Positions 62,088 to 64,000 of a stretch of DNA of 64,000 bases are shown one piece after another. This stretch comes from a virus. The position numbers were made by a program, and so were the translations under genes. The stretch is taken from positions 241 to 64,240 of IMG/VR virus record IMGVR_UViG_3300010383_000010, one strand, 5' to 3'. The first letter of the stretch is position 1; every line of letters begins with the position of its first letter. Under the pieces are notes generated by a model, which saw only the letters and a list, made by a program, of their open reading frames with translations, did no database searches and was not told the origin of the DNA.

Positions 62088-64000
62088 ATGCTTAGACCAT
62101 ATCAGGCCACCGCGGTTGAAAGCGCCCTACAGGCGCTAACAACGAGCGGTAGTGCCGTCCTGCAGATGCCCACCGGAGCCGGCAAGACGAAGGCGGCGAC
62201 GGAGATTATAAAGCGCCACAATAAGCCCGTGTGGTTCATCTGCCACCGGCAGGAAATTGAACGACAGGCGGCTGAGGCATTCACTGCCGCTGGGATCGAT
62301 TTCGGCATTGTGTCGCCGCGTGCGGAGCTTGATTACGACAAGCCGGTGCAGATTGTTTCGGTGGCCAGCCTCCGGCTTCACAATCTACCGCCGCCGTCGC
62401 TTGTTATATGGGATGAGTGCCACCACGTTCCCGCGCCCTCTTGGGCAAGGCTACACAAAGCTTTATCCGCGGCACGGCACCTTGGTCTCACTGCAACTCC
62501 GGAACGCCTTGACGGGAAGGGTTTGTCGGATTGGTTCAAAGAGTTGGTCGTTGGGCCGTCCATTGAAGCGCTGGTGTCGCAGGGATTCCTGTCCCCCTTC
62601 CGATATTTTGCACCAAGTGACCCCGACCTTACCGCAGCCAAGTTGCAGGCGGGAGACTATAAGAAGTGTGACGCGGACAAGGCGATGAATACGCCGGTCC
62701 TGATTGGTGACGCCGTTGCAGAATATAATCGGGTTGCAAACGGCAAGAAGGCAATTGCATTTTGCACGTCTCGCGAAGCGAGCAAGGCTCTTGCCGATAG
62801 GTTCAATGCAGTGGGCATACCAGCCAGGCACGTTGACGGAGAAACCGACGATAGGGACAGGCGCGCTGCAATCGATTCCATAAAGTCTGGATCCATTAAG
62901 ATTCTTTGTAACGTCGAGGTGTTCACGGAGGGCTTCGACGTTCCCGGCATCGAGGCCGCAATTCTTATGCGCCCGACAAAATCACCGACTCTGCTTTTGC
63001 AGATGATTGGTCGCGCCTTGCGCTTTGTGGAAGACAAGACAGCAATTATCATGGATCACGCCGGGCTACATCGTGACCACGGATGGTTTGCAGACGAGTG
63101 GCAGTGGTCAATTGAGGGTGGCGCGGCAAAAGCGCGGCGGCAAGCAAATGTACGCGGCCCGCGACGCTGTCCTGAATGTAAAGAGGTTCGCGCCGAACGC
63201 GAGCCGGTATGCACCTGCGGCTATGAGTTCTCGACGGGTCGCGAGATTGGCGAGTATGACGGCGTGCTCACGGAGGTACGAGGCGTTGTGCCGGAGGGGT
63301 GTGTTACTGTATCGGATTTCGCCCGCTTTGCGGGCACAAATTGGACGACGGTAATGAAGCTTATATCAGAGGGGATGCCAGCAGATGGCAAATTAGTTAT
63401 TGAGAGGCGCGCCGTTGCATGGCTGATCCAAAGAGGATCCCCCAAATTACGCCCATTCGATGTAGGCAATCCGGAAGAATATGAGGATTGTAATTCATTT
63501 TCCAGGCGGGTTGGCGTAAGCAGCACATCCGTTTACCGATGGGTGACAATGGGAATCCCGCATGCATCAAACGGATGGATCCATGTGCGAGATGGATTGG
63601 AGTGGGTGGAGCGCGGGCGTAAGGAGGGAGCTATTAGGTGGGGCGCACCTGTGTCGGATGACCTTATATCACCAACCGCTCTGCTTAAAGAGGTTGGGTT
63701 GTCCACTGGCGCATTAAAAAGTGTTCTGGCGTTGGGTCTGCCGGTGCGCCACGGACGAATCTCTAAGGGCGCTGGTGTGGCGTGGATAATGAAGAACTAT
63801 AAATCCGCACGAGCAAAGCCAGTGGGCGCGCCGGACGGAGAATATGAACCGTTGGCTGCTTTTAGGGAGAGGATTCACTCCAGTACAAAGCGGTTCTGCA
63901 AGCCCGGACTCCCGCGCGCCCCCAACGGCTGGGTCCACATCCAGCGCGGCCTGGAATGGGTGCGCGACAACACCAACATCGAGATACCGCCGGAGGCTTG
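62088..64000 (+). CDS. Second SF2 helicase with Zn ribbon and four tandem MerR/Nu1-like HTH repeats (3' partial; absent from ORF track)
   Basis: AAGGAG RBS; LRPYQ, MPTGAGKT, WDECHH, LTATP, TEGFDVP, QMIGRALR, CPEC..CTC; frame open to window end. Confidence 0.9.
   Translation, partial: MLRPYQATAVESALQALTTSGSAVLQMPTGAGKTKAATEIIKRHNKPVWFICHRQEIERQAAEAFTAAGIDFGIVSPRAELDYDKPVQIVSVASLRLHNLPPPSLVIWDECHHVPAPSWARLHKALSAARHLGLTATPERLDGKGLSDWFKELVVGPSIEALVSQGFLSPFRYFAPSDPDLTAAKLQAGDYKKCDADKAMNTPVLIGDAVAEYNRVANGKKAIAFCTSREASKALADRFNAVGIPARHVDGETDDRDRRAAIDSIKSGSIKILCNVEVFTEGFDVPGIEAAILMRPTKSPTLLLQMIGRALRFVEDKTAIIMDHAGLHRDHGWFADEWQWSIEGGAAKARRQANVRGPRRCPECKEVRAEREPVCTCGYEFSTGREIGEYDGVLTEVRGVVPEGCVTVSDFARFAGTNWTTVMKLISEGMPADGKLVIERRAVAWLIQRGSPKLRPFDVGNPEEYEDCNSFSRRVGVSSTSVYRWVTMGIPHASNGWIHVRDGLEWVERGRKEGAIRWGAPVSDDLISPTALLKEVGLSTGALKSVLALGLPVRHGRISKGAGVAWIMKNYKSARAKPVGAPDGEYEPLAAFRERIHSSTKRFCKPGLPRAPNGWVHIQRGLEWVRDNTNIEIPPEA

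Noticed and set aside
1-64000. CRISPR array, diversity-generating retroelement, retron, tmRNA gene
   Set aside because: No repeat-spacer array and no reverse transcriptase; ANDN motifs lie inside ordinary ORFs, not in a tmRNA structure; the Cas4-like nuclease sits in the recombination operon

Overview
The window is almost entirely one temperate, HK97-like siphovirus genome, probably of a Rhizobiales alphaproteobacterium (inferred from gene content and the tRNA-Thr att core). Order: tyrosine integrase (5' end cut off) and an intact attP with phage genes on both sides, so this looks like the free or excised form; a long leftward accessory operon (tRNA-Gln, DUF6378, HD phosphohydrolase, metallophosphoesterase, TolQ/ExbB and ExbD-like membrane genes, lipoprotein serine protease); lysis genes; a rightward Wzy-like moron cassette; tail, neck, head and terminase genes; two atypical tRNAs; a leftward replication/recombination operon (primase-polymerase, DNA MTase, SF2 helicase, sigma factor, beta-clamp, SSB, AAA_24); a CI switch; and a rightward early operon ending in a second helicase that runs off the window. 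Most notable: (1) an HNH endonuclease overprinted in another frame inside an uninterrupted DNA methyltransferase; (2) a three-enzyme sugar-modification cassette in the head-neck module, whose first enzyme has no start codon and appears reachable only by a -1 frameshift from the small post-capsid gene; (3) tmRNA-tag-like ANDN motifs and C-terminal Ala-Ala ends recurring across many proteins; (4) a phage-borne TolQ/ExbD-like membrane trio. Family assignments come from motif recognition only; no searches were run.
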